In this document: in pieces, positions 55,171 to 64,000 of the stretch
Numbering within the stretch: the first letter of the stretch is position 1
Layout of the letters: each line of letters begins with the position of its first letter
Source of the DNA: a virus
Lineage: Duplodnaviria; Caudoviricetes
Reading direction: 5' to 3' (one strand)
Length of the DNA: 64,000 bases
IMG/VR virus record: IMGVR_UViG_3300034126_000020
Coordinates: 160,001 to 224,000 of that record
The notes under the pieces: generated by a model
Told to the model about the DNA's origin: nothing
Database searches by the model: none
The model's input: only the letters and a program-made list of their open reading frames with translations
Position numbers and translations under genes: made by a program

Positions 55171-58100
55171 ATGGCAAAGAAAGATGTCGATTTGGACCAT
55201 CTCGACCTCGACGATTTCGACTTTGACATCCCTGAGTGGAAGTCCGACTCCGAAGTCGACGACAATTCGAGAAAGCCCATTGAACGAGTTGCCAAAGGCG
55301 CTCTGTCCGGGGTTAAAGACGAGCTGGCCAGCAAGAACGCCCTGCGCAAAGCCTTGACACTGGCTTTGCCCTCGGGCTATGGCTTGGCCGCAGACACCAT
55401 TGAGAACGTCGCAACCGACGCACGATCGCTATACGATAAGGTGACTGGCGACTCGCCTCAACTGGTTCGTGGTAGTAAAGCTTTCGGTCGTAAAGCCATG
55501 CAGCTGGTTGGTAACAAGCTTCTGACGAAGAAGGCTTCGGACCGACTCAACAGCGCACTGGAAGATAACGACGACGGCCCGGTCAAATCCGCGGCGCAAT
55601 ACCGTAAGGAACAAGAAGACAACGACATCGCTCAATTGGCTGAGATCTTCAAAGCCAAGACCGGTGCCGATGAAGAGCGTGCGAAGCAAGAAGCCGCTGG
55701 GAAACTGGAAGACAAAGCTCTTGACCAGGTCCGCTTCAAGTCCAACATCCAAGTTCTGTCTGCTATCAACCGCTCCATGGCGCGGATGGTTGGCTACCAG
55801 GACAAGATCACTGCCAAGTACCAGCAGAAGATGCTGGAACTCAACTACCGTCAGTTTGCGACACAGAAGCAACTGCTGGATGTAATGGCAGAAGCAACTC
55901 AGAAGCAAGCCCAGATCCTTGAATCCATTCGCCACAACACCGCGCTTCCTGAGGCAGTGAAAATCCGTGGCAGTGAGATGTTCAAGCAGATGGCGCATCA
56001 GCGTCTGATGGGGAGTGGTCTCAACACCATTTCCAACTGGTCTCAAAACTACACCAAACAAATCATGGACAACGTCCAAGGTCTTGTGCAAGGCGTCGTC
56101 AGTCCGCTGACTGAAGCCCAAAACATGACTGAAGGCATGGACATCGACAAACACGCGATGGGCGGTCGTGTTGTAGGTTCGATGATCGGTTCCGGTATCC
56201 GTGATCAAGCTGCGATGCACGTTGCACCGTGGCTGTACAAGAACAAAACGATTGCCAAAGGCGGTGAAGCACTGCGCACCACGTTCTCTGGCATGCCTCA
56301 AAAGGTTAACGAATACGCCCAGTCGGAAACCAAAGGCAACGGCTTCAAGTCTGTCATGACGCAGATGTTCAAAACCTTCCTGCCGCAGTTCTCTTTGGAC
56401 TCGCGACCAGGTGGTGACAGCGTCGACAAACTGGATGAGATCGGCACGTTCGACAAGATTGCCCGTCGTTCCCTGATCGAGATCATCCCGGGGTACCTGT
56501 CTGAGATTGCTCACTGGTCCAAAGTGGCAGTCACGGGTGAAAAGGATTCCGAGAAGCAAGTGTACAACGTGGTCCGTGGTGGCTTTACATCTCAGGGTGA
56601 AAACCTGAAGGATGTGGGTCGTCAGATCATGAGCCGTTCGGAGCGTGATTCGCTGCGTACTGCCGCTGATGACTTCATCAAGACGATCGGTGGCGACACT
56701 ATGTCGTCCAAGGCCCAGCGCGCCCTCAAGAAGAAATTGCTTGATGAGCTGGCCAACGGTCGTGACCTTGTGCCTAAACGCTTGGTTGATCCTGCCGAAT
56801 ACCCTAACGTTGACGTTGGGATTGTGGATGAGATCACTTCGCTGATTGCCGACACATTCAACCTTGATCACGAGGGGAATCGTCAGGACCAATCGACTGA
56901 AGGAGCTGGGCGATTCAACGACATCCGTGACAAGTTCCTGGGTATGGCGAGCATGATCCCCGCTGCGGGTGATCGCATTCGTATCTTGGGCGATGTCCTC
57001 GGCAAAGACTCCCTGCGCAAGTTGGGCTATGTTGAGCGTCAAGGCCGTGACGACCGGATCAACTACGACAAGATCTGGGGGTCAGTACTCGATGAAGATG
57101 ACGAAGACGGCGCAGGCGGAGCTCCGAAAGGTGGCCCGGATGCTGATAATAGCGGTGGTAAGCGTTCTGATCGTGGTTCTCGGTCTTCTAAAGGTCGTCG
57201 CGATCTTTCCCGTCGTGCTGATCGAGCTGATCGCATGGATGGTGCTCGGCGTGGACTCGGACAAGGAGCCTCGGGCCTAGAACATTACCTCGGTGACAAG
57301 TCTACCCTGATTACCCTGATCACTCAGTCGCGTGACTTCCATTCGGAAACGGTGGAACTGCTCAAGCAACTGGCAGCCTGTGGTTGCCATGGTGAAGGCA
57401 GTGGTGGGAGTAAGCTTGGCGATTACGGAACCCAGACCAAAGCCGCTATGAAGCGCATGCGCAAACGCGGTGGTCAGTTCGCTACACAAGCGAATCAATG
57501 GGGGCAAGACAAGTTCAAGATGGGCCAAGAGAAGTACGGCACCGCTAAGCAACTTGCGAAGGACATCTGGATTCAGGGTGAAGACCACCCTCGCTTGGTA
57601 GAGGCTAAGCTTCAAGCCGGCGAGTACCGCGACAAGGTCTCCAACAAGGTGATCAAGAAGTGGGAAGACATCCAAGGTGATGTGATTGACCTCAAAGGCC
57701 GGACGGTAGCCCGTTACAACGAGATCGTCGATGAAGGCGTGATCGCGGACTATAAAGGAAAGATCACTGGCACGTTTGCTGAGAAGTACGCCAAGCTCAA
57801 GAACAGTGGGGCTGGGATGTGGGCAGCCGGTGCAGTTGCTGGAGGCCGTGCTCAGCTCGGCAAGTTGGGCGGTACCATCAAGGACATGAAAGGTACAGGC
57901 GGTGCTAACGAGTTCATCGACAACCTCGGTCGTCGGGTGTCTGATAAGGGCGCCATGGTCTCGAAAGAACTGCAACAACAACGTCGTAAGTTCAGGCCTC
58001 GTGTCAAGCGCATGATGTCTCGTTTCACTGGCGGTAAGGTGGGGGCTGATGTCACCAGCGAACTGACCGGGGATCAAGAACAAGACATGCTGACTCTGAC

Positions 58101-61100
58101 GCTTCGTTCTGTGCAATTGCAGTACGAAACCTTGAAACAGGTGACCAAGGAAAAGGTGCGTAAGGGTTCGTTCACGGAGATCAACTCCAAACGTGACGAG
58201 ATGGTGAACAAAGCCAAGGAGATGGCGAAAGAGAAAGGTCAAGCGGTGCAGGGGCTGTTTGGTAAGGCAGGAGGTCTCGCCGGCCTCATGGCAATGCTGA
58301 GCGGCAAGAAAGGACAGGATGGCGGAGATGAGGAAGGCGGTGGTGGTGGGATTATGGACAGCCTTGGCGATCTCTTCGGAGGCGGTGAGGAAGGTCGTAA
58401 ACGCCGTGGCGGTCGGACTAACTCTCGTCGTGCAGGGCGTGTCGGTAAGCTGGGCAAGATTGCCAACTGGGGCGGTCGCCAACTCGACAAGATGGGGACG
58501 GCTGGTAAAATCCTCAAAGGCGGTTTGAAAGGTGGTGCCTGGTTGACCAAGAACACAGCCAAACTCGGATGGTGGGGCGCTAAGACCGCTGGCCGTTTGG
58601 GGATGGGTGCGTTGCGGTTGGGCGGTAGTATCCTGACGAACCCGCTGACACGGATGGCAGCAGGCTTTGCAGGCCGGATGGCCATGGGTGCTCTGTTGGG
58701 TGCGGCTGGTCTGGTATCGGCGCCTGTATTGGCCGCTGTCGCAGTCGTAGGTGGTGCAATTGCAGTAGGTGCTTACATCTACAGTCGCAACAAGGACAAG
58801 TTGCCTCCACTGACTCGCCTTCGCATGGTTCAGTACGGGATCAAACCCAAGACTGACAGCGATGAGCTGAAGACCCTGCTGGAACTGGAGAAGATCTTCG
58901 CTTCCCAGACTGCTGTCGACTCGGAAGGTAAAGCCACGGTTAACTCTCAAGGCCTGCCTCAAGACAAGATCATGCAGCTGTTCAAGATCGACACCAGCAT
59001 CCCGGCTGAAGAGAACGAAACCTACGGGCGCCTCATCAAATACCTGACGGGTCGTTTCTCTGCTGTCTACCTGCAACACGTTTCCAACATGCACGCACTG
59101 ACCAAGTCCATGGATCTGAGCCAGATCGACGCTAAGATCACTGGCAAGGTAGCCATGGGCTTTGTTGATAAGGTGGCAATGGCTGATCGTCAGGAAGTGT
59201 TCAATGCCATGGTCGGTCCTTTCGAGGATGAGAAACTGGACATGGACTCTGGTGACGTGAAGGACACCGTTGCTGAGGTCAAGGGAGAGATCCAGGAATA
59301 CATCAATGAAAACGAAAAGACAGGCAAAGACAAAACCGACCAGAACATGGTCGACGCTGTGGCTGCTGCTGGTGGGATCAGTGCTGGTGCTGTTGCTAAG
59401 GTCGCAGCCAATGCTGATAAGCAATCCAGTGCGGGTACAGCTGCCTCGAAACCATCCGGAGCTGGTACTGGCGTAGAAGCCACCAGCAAAACCACTGGCG
59501 CTAACCTCACTGCGGCTCAAACCGTTTCGTGGGCTGGCAATGGCGGCATGGCGGCTGCTGCAACTGCGGCTATCTTGGCTGGCAGTAACCGTGACGGTGA
59601 AATCGACGATGGCAAACCAGTGCGGTACCGTGTCTACGGTCTGACTGAGATGCTGATGATCAAAGTCGGTCAACTGGATCGGTTGGAGGGTGCACTGTAC
59701 CCACTGGTGACCTACGACAACGAGAAGCAGGCGTTCTTCAAAGACCCTGCTCAGGCGTACGGCATTGCGGAAGCTTTGTTCTCGCCGATCGGCCCTGAGG
59801 CTGATTCGTTGTACGTGTGGTTCTACCGTCGGTTCATGCCTACCTTCTTGCAGTTCTGTTCCTCGGTCCGTGCGCGTGCTAACATTGACGCCAAGGATGC
59901 CGCTGAACGCCTGAAGCCACAAGAACTGTTGGAAGTCCTGAGAGAGACAGCCACCACTCGCGACAACTCCGGTATCTCCGTGTGGGATATCTCGGAATCG
60001 CCGTGGCCCGGTTACTACCTCAACGATGATGAAGAGACCGTCAAGGAACCTCTTTACATGCTGTCCACCAAAGTCAAAGACAAGACTCTCACTGAGAACG
60101 CTGCTGCGGTAGCGGGTCAAGTCCGAGACAAGGATGGCAAGATCATCGAACAGGATGCGACTCAGGTTAACCGTCCAGCTTCGGCTGATGGTCAGGGTTC
60201 GCAGTCCGCAGGCTCTGGTGGTGCAAGTGGTGCACCTAAGGAAGAGCAAGGCATCTTCTCCAGCATGTGGAGTGGTGTCAAGTCGGTCTTCGGTGGCGGT
60301 GATGACAAAGCCCCTCAACAAGGTAATGTCAGTCCTTCCGGCCAACCGGCAGGCACAGCCTCTGGCCCTACCGCATTTACACCCGGTACTCCGTTGACTC
60401 ACCCAGGTGGTGGTTCGGGCGGTAACATCAACGATGTCCCAGCTCCAACGGGCGATGGTTGGGCGGCTACTCGTGCTACACTCATGTCGGCAGCTAACAT
60501 GGTGGGGGTTGACCCTAACTTGGCAGCGTCGATTGCAGGTGTGGAATCGAACTTCAAGCCAAACGCCATTCCGTACAAGAACCCACGTAACCCAGGCGCA
60601 GGAGTCCTCTCCTCGGCAGCGTCGTTCTACCAAGTGATTAAAGGCACTTGGAAGTCGCTGATGGGCAAGTACGGTGCGAAGTACGGCATCAACCCGAACA
60701 CCACCCAGCATGACCCTCGGGCTAACGCCTTGCTGGGTCTGGAGTACATCAAGGAAAACATCGACGTCATCAAGAAGGTGAAGAACAACGTCACTGACAC
60801 CGACGTTTACCTCGCTCACTTCTTGGGACCGTATGGGGCCAAGCGCTTCCTGTCGGCCCCTCCTGGTGACCCAGCGATCAACCATGTAGGTCCTGAACAA
60901 GCCGCGGCGAACCCGTCTATCTTCTACGATAAGAACAGGAACCCTCGTACCGTAGCGGCGGTGTATAACGACTTCGATGGGAAGTTGCAAAAACACCGTC
61001 AAGCTGATGCCATGCAGATCGCCAGTTCCATGAAAGGCGGTCAGCCAGTAGCAGGCGCTAGTACAGCTGCTGAAGGACCTTCCACCGCCGCAGAAGAGCA

Positions 61101-61557
61101 AGCCTCAGGTCAATCTACCGTTGCAGCCACCGGACCAGAAGTACCGTCCATGGTGAAACCGGCTGATGGGGCTACTCCAAATACTGTGGCAGAAAGCCCA
61201 GCCAATGCTGACACCCCAGGAATGGCGGAGAAAGCAGACGCTCGTCAAACGCAGAACACCACTGCGTCCTTGGCGATGGCGGCCAAAACGGCTGAGGTGC
61301 AAAGCTCTGGCCAAACCGCTGCAAACACCAACACGTATGGTGGTGCAGATAAAATGATGAGCCGTCTGGTTGAAGTCAACGAGGGACAACTTGAACAGTT
61401 GATCTCCTTGGTGGAATTGATCAGGAACGGTGGCTCTGCAATGCCGAATGCGGCTCAGACTCCTTCGGGACCTCAGGTTGCACAGACAACGCAGAACCCA
61501 TCGATCAACACCCCTAAAGCTGCAAACAAGGGGACGGTTTCGGTAGGTCGGACGTAG
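55171..61557 (+). CDS. Tape-measure-like tail protein with C-terminal lytic transglycosylase (phiKZ gp181-like, 2128 aa)
   Basis: SLT motifs near the C-terminus (AASIAGVESNF, AASFYQVIKGTW, VYLAHFLG); long helical and Gly/Lys-rich body. Confidence 0.9.
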   Translation: MAKKDVDLDHLDLDDFDFDIPEWKSDSEVDDNSRKPIERVAKGALSGVKDELASKNALRKALTLALPSGYGLAADTIENVATDARSLYDKVTGDSPQLVRGSKAFGRKAMQLVGNKLLTKKASDRLNSALEDNDDGPVKSAAQYRKEQEDNDIAQLAEIFKAKTGADEERAKQEAAGKLEDKALDQVRFKSNIQVLSAINRSMARMVGYQDKITAKYQQKMLELNYRQFATQKQLLDVMAEATQKQAQILESIRHNTALPEAVKIRGSEMFKQMAHQRLMGSGLNTISNWSQNYTKQIMDNVQGLVQGVVSPLTEAQNMTEGMDIDKHAMGGRVVGSMIGSGIRDQAAMHVAPWLYKNKTIAKGGEALRTTFSGMPQKVNEYAQSETKGNGFKSVMTQMFKTFLPQFSLDSRPGGDSVDKLDEIGTFDKIARRSLIEIIPGYLSEIAHWSKVAVTGEKDSEKQVYNVVRGGFTSQGENLKDVGRQIMSRSERDSLRTAADDFIKTIGGDTMSSKAQRALKKKLLDELANGRDLVPKRLVDPAEYPNVDVGIVDEITSLIADTFNLDHEGNRQDQSTEGAGRFNDIRDKFLGMASMIPAAGDRIRILGDVLGKDSLRKLGYVERQGRDDRINYDKIWGSVLDEDDEDGAGGAPKGGPDADNSGGKRSDRGSRSSKGRRDLSRRADRADRMDGARRGLGQGASGLEHYLGDKSTLITLITQSRDFHSETVELLKQLAACGCHGEGSGGSKLGDYGTQTKAAMKRMRKRGGQFATQANQWGQDKFKMGQEKYGTAKQLAKDIWIQGEDHPRLVEAKLQAGEYRDKVSNKVIKKWEDIQGDVIDLKGRTVARYNEIVDEGVIADYKGKITGTFAEKYAKLKNSGAGMWAAGAVAGGRAQLGKLGGTIKDMKGTGGANEFIDNLGRRVSDKGAMVSKELQQQRRKFRPRVKRMMSRFTGGKVGADVTSELTGDQEQDMLTLTLRSVQLQYETLKQVTKEKVRKGSFTEINSKRDEMVNKAKEMAKEKGQAVQGLFGKAGGLAGLMAMLSGKKGQDGGDEEGGGGGIMDSLGDLFGGGEEGRKRRGGRTNSRRAGRVGKLGKIANWGGRQLDKMGTAGKILKGGLKGGAWLTKNTAKLGWWGAKTAGRLGMGALRLGGSILTNPLTRMAAGFAGRMAMGALLGAAGLVSAPVLAAVAVVGGAIAVGAYIYSRNKDKLPPLTRLRMVQYGIKPKTDSDELKTLLELEKIFASQTAVDSEGKATVNSQGLPQDKIMQLFKIDTSIPAEENETYGRLIKYLTGRFSAVYLQHVSNMHALTKSMDLSQIDAKITGKVAMGFVDKVAMADRQEVFNAMVGPFEDEKLDMDSGDVKDTVAEVKGEIQEYINENEKTGKDKTDQNMVDAVAAAGGISAGAVAKVAANADKQSSAGTAASKPSGAGTGVEATSKTTGANLTAAQTVSWAGNGGMAAAATAAILAGSNRDGEIDDGKPVRYRVYGLTEMLMIKVGQLDRLEGALYPLVTYDNEKQAFFKDPAQAYGIAEALFSPIGPEADSLYVWFYRRFMPTFLQFCSSVRARANIDAKDAAERLKPQELLEVLRETATTRDNSGISVWDISESPWPGYYLNDDEETVKEPLYMLSTKVKDKTLTENAAAVAGQVRDKDGKIIEQDATQVNRPASADGQGSQSAGSGGASGAPKEEQGIFSSMWSGVKSVFGGGDDKAPQQGNVSPSGQPAGTASGPTAFTPGTPLTHPGGGSGGNINDVPAPTGDGWAATRATLMSAANMVGVDPNLAASIAGVESNFKPNAIPYKNPRNPGAGVLSSAASFYQVIKGTWKSLMGKYGAKYGINPNTTQHDPRANALLGLEYIKENIDVIKKVKNNVTDTDVYLAHFLGPYGAKRFLSAPPGDPAINHVGPEQAAANPSIFYDKNRNPRTVAAVYNDFDGKLQKHRQADAMQIASSMKGGQPVAGASTAAEGPSTAAEEQASGQSTVAATGPEVPSMVKPADGATPNTVAESPANADTPGMAEKADARQTQNTTASLAMAAKTAEVQSSGQTAANTNTYGGADKMMSRLVEVNEGQLEQLISLVELIRNGGSAMPNAAQTPSGPQVAQTTQNPSINTPKAANKGTVSVGRT

Positions 61558-61563
61558 CTACGA

Positions 61564-61601
61564 GGGGTGAGTGGGGGAAACCCTGCTCACCCTTTCTTTT
61601 A
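61564..61601 (+). terminator. Rho-independent terminator
   Basis: GGGTGAGTGGG GGAAA CCCTGCTCACCC TTTCTTTT. Confidence 0.7.
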
Positions 61602-61615
61602 TCAGAGGTCAAGAC

Positions 61616-63691
61616 ATGGAAAACATTCTGGATGACAGCTGGGTCAAATCAGCGTTCCTGCTGCCCTCCGATCAGATCATGGGTGGTAACCAGGCGGCCA
61701 TCAATCGCATCTACTCCACGTCGATGCAGAAGGCTACTGATACGACCCTGGGTGGCAACTTTGTTATCAACCCACTGCCTCAGTTCACCCGTTACTGTGA
61801 CCTGAAGCACAACATCCTCACCAAGCCCAGTGGCCGTGGTAAAGACACCTTGATCCCTAAGGTCAGTCGCACCAACGGTACCAGTGCTAACTCGACCAAC
61901 GGCATGGGTCGGGTGTACAGTGAGAAGTTCGACGACAACATGCAGGTGGTGCACTTCCGGTGTGGCTATCCGCAGTTCAACAGCCTGACGTCGTTCTATG
62001 CCAACTACTACTCGATCCCTGCTGCCTCCATGGCGCGTTCGGGTCGGGCTCCAGGGTTCTTCTACACCTTGGGCTGGGCCGTAGGTTCGGTAGCCACCAT
62101 TGGCCTCTTGCCGTTCATCATGGCAGGTAAGGCAATCAAGTTCTTCCTTCGTCGTCCTGCGTCGAAGTACTATTACCTCAAGCCGTCGATGCTGCCTTAT
62201 TGGGGCGCTGTAAGCTCGATGGTCAACGCAATTGCCGCGAACATGGGTCTCATCCCTCGACCTATCTACGAGGGCGCTAAGGCGCTCTACGAGAAGGAGA
62301 ACGGGATGGATCAGACTGACGTCGATTCGTATCACCGTCTGATCCCGTCCATCTACCGTGCCAACGGCGGTATTGACGTATTCGCTGTAGCGCAGCGTGG
62401 TCAGAAGTTGGTGAACCACCGGCGTAAGTTGCTGGACAAACAGCTCGACAAGATCACCAACAAAGCAGAAATGCGTGAGGTGTTCAAGAAGCGGCTGTAC
62501 GGTGAAGACATGGGTGATGTGTACGCTATTGTCAACAAGATTGACAGCAGCTACGAAGCCTACGTGGACATCTGGAAGAACTCGGAGATGATGGGTCAGA
62601 TCTCTGAGAAAGACACCAAGAACGAAGCCGTTGTTGAGAAGACAGGTCGGATGGATGAAGGTCTGTGGGAACGGACCAAGTCAGCCTTCAAGTCTGAATC
62701 GCGCATGGCCTCTGAGTTCGTCAGCTTCCGTGTGGACCACACCGGTACTCAAACCGAGTCCTTCAGCAACGGTACCAAAGAACCTTCGATCCAAGGTCAG
62801 ATCAACGGCATCTCTGCCTCTGCTCGTGAAACCCGGTTCAGCATGTTCGACGGTAACATTGAAGGTTCGGGGATTGTGCAGGGTGCGTTGGGTGCAGTGA
62901 AAGACTTTGCTCTCGGCATCGGGCAAGGTATCGGTATCCAAGGTCTGGCGCAGTTGGCCGGTTCTGCTTACGTCGACATTCCAAAGGTCTGGGACAGTTC
63001 CAGTGCAGAGTTCAACAAGCTCTCGCTGACCATCCCTCTGCGTTCCCCGTACGGTGATCCATTGTCTCGGTTGCAGAACCTGATCCTGCCGATGTGTTGT
63101 TTGTTTGCCATGGCGGTTCCACTGTCCACCGGTAAACAATCGCACACCTCTCCATTCTTGGTAGAGTACTTCGCTCAAGGGCGTGCTCACTCTCGACTGG
63201 CGATCATCGACAGCCTCACCATTACCCGTGGTGTTGGTGATGTGGGTTGGAACAACACCGGTGGTTTCCTCGGTGTGGACATTCAGGTTGGTTTGCTCGA
63301 CCTGTCCAACGCTGTGAACATGCCTCTGAACCCTTCGTTCGAGATCTCTGACCGTATCATCCAAGCCGCAGGCTATGGGGTCGGTGCAGGCGTTTCGTGG
63401 CTGGGCGGTGGGTCAGCCTCCACAGGCGGTGAAAACGGCGTAGCGGTCTCCTCAGCGATGCTGGGCTCTACGTACGACGACGATAACAACTACACGGACT
63501 ACTTGGCCATCTTGGCAGGCATTCCGTTGGAAGCTGAGATCAACAGTCTGCGTAAATGGGCCGTTCGTTTGGCTCGTCAACAGGCAGCGTTCGACGACAT
63601 GGTGTCGCCAGAACGGATTGGTATGTGGGCGATGTCTGGTGTGACTGGCGAAGCTATCAAAGGCTTCAGTCAGGCTACCGATCGACAGTAA
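61616..63691 (+). CDS. Baseplate hub/tail-tip protein (phiKZ gp182-like, 691 aa)
   Basis: GAGGT SD; TLGGNFVINPLPQFTRYCD N-terminal motif; follows the gp181-like gene. Confidence 0.75.
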   Translation: MENILDDSWVKSAFLLPSDQIMGGNQAAINRIYSTSMQKATDTTLGGNFVINPLPQFTRYCDLKHNILTKPSGRGKDTLIPKVSRTNGTSANSTNGMGRVYSEKFDDNMQVVHFRCGYPQFNSLTSFYANYYSIPAASMARSGRAPGFFYTLGWAVGSVATIGLLPFIMAGKAIKFFLRRPASKYYYLKPSMLPYWGAVSSMVNAIAANMGLIPRPIYEGAKALYEKENGMDQTDVDSYHRLIPSIYRANGGIDVFAVAQRGQKLVNHRRKLLDKQLDKITNKAEMREVFKKRLYGEDMGDVYAIVNKIDSSYEAYVDIWKNSEMMGQISEKDTKNEAVVEKTGRMDEGLWERTKSAFKSESRMASEFVSFRVDHTGTQTESFSNGTKEPSIQGQINGISASARETRFSMFDGNIEGSGIVQGALGAVKDFALGIGQGIGIQGLAQLAGSAYVDIPKVWDSSSAEFNKLSLTIPLRSPYGDPLSRLQNLILPMCCLFAMAVPLSTGKQSHTSPFLVEYFAQGRAHSRLAIIDSLTITRGVGDVGWNNTGGFLGVDIQVGLLDLSNAVNMPLNPSFEISDRIIQAAGYGVGAGVSWLGGGSASTGGENGVAVSSAMLGSTYDDDNNYTDYLAILAGIPLEAEINSLRKWAVRLARQQAAFDDMVSPERIGMWAMSGVTGEAIKGFSQATDRQ

Positions 63692-63692
63692 A

Positions 63693-63735
63693 GCGGCATA
63701 AGGGCCAGGGGCAACTGCCCCTGGCCCTATGTTCG
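63693..63735. terminator. Bidirectional hairpin with TTATGCCG flank
   Basis: GCGGCATA AGGGCCAGGGGCA AC TGCCCCTGGCCCT ATGTTC. Confidence 0.65.
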
Positions 63736-63996
63736 TTAGGTAAGGTTCGTGACCATCTTGGGGAATTGAATGCGGATGACTTCTTCCACGCTCAACTCCG
63801 GGGCGAATGGTGCAGCGATGGCGTAGCGTCCCAGTTCTGGATGCAGCTCAAACAACGAGAGTGCATCTGCGCTGGCAATGCCGAGGTTAGTCAGGTCCAC
63901 AATGGTCTGATCGTCCTGACGCTTGAACTTGTACCAGTTGACGTCAAGGCGGTTCAAAGTGTCCACCAAGTCTTGGGCGTAGGCTTCCCGTGTCAT
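63736..63996 (-). CDS. Hypothetical protein (86 aa or longer; may start outside the window)
   Basis: ORF converging on the terminator. Confidence 0.55.
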   Translation of the reverse strand: MTREAYAQDLVDTLNRLDVNWYKFKRQDDQTIVDLTNLGIASADALSLFELHPELGRYAIAAPFAPELSVEEVIRIQFPKMVTNLT

Positions 63997-64000
63997 CGGT

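Noticed and set aside
57277-61101. 1274-aa minus-strand ORF and other long antisense ORFs (e.g. 4789-6732, 27287-29140, 31237-33687, 35276-37285, 38303-40009)
   Set aside because: They lie exactly opposite well-supported genes and have no SD or recognisable motifs. They are shadow frames produced by strong codon bias.
1-64000. CRISPR array, tRNA or rRNA genes
   Set aside because: No regularly spaced direct repeats and no cloverleaf or rRNA signatures were seen by eye. tRNAscan-SE would be needed to exclude atypical tRNAs completely.
1-64000. Stop-codon reassignment (alternative genetic code)
   Set aside because: Large core genes translate full length in the standard code, and TAA, TGA and TAG all occur as real stops.

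Overview
This window is phage DNA. It is a gene-dense segment of a phiKZ-like, nucleus-forming jumbo myovirus (Chimalliviridae). It carries chimallin (phage-nucleus shell), the PhuZ tubulin, a family-B DNA polymerase and the N-terminal beta-prime subunit of the non-virion RNA polymerase. It also carries a partial SbcD/Mre11-like nuclease, the large terminase, baseplate-region proteins, tail sheath and tube, and the prohead protease. The right end holds virion RNAP beta and beta-prime subunits, a ~2100-aa tail protein with a lytic transglycosylase domain and a baseplate hub protein. No tRNA, CRISPR array, intron, intein or mobile element was seen. The most notable observations beyond the core genes are: (1) a tandem array of ten short, highly diverged ORFs (11.3-15.7 kb) that appear to share one fold, overlap each other extensively and often start at GTG/TTG; (2) a virion protein fused through two prohead-protease-type SME sites to a SUKH (SMI1/KNR4) immunity-like domain; (3) an 8-copy putative phage promoter motif and a ~9-copy hairpin-TATGCC terminator-like motif; (4) two operons behind that promoter motif that are rich in unannotated micro membrane proteins; (5) a ~400-bp non-coding, strand-asymmetric structured region. 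Family assignments come from motif recognition and synteny recalled from phiKZ and SPN3US. No database searches were run.
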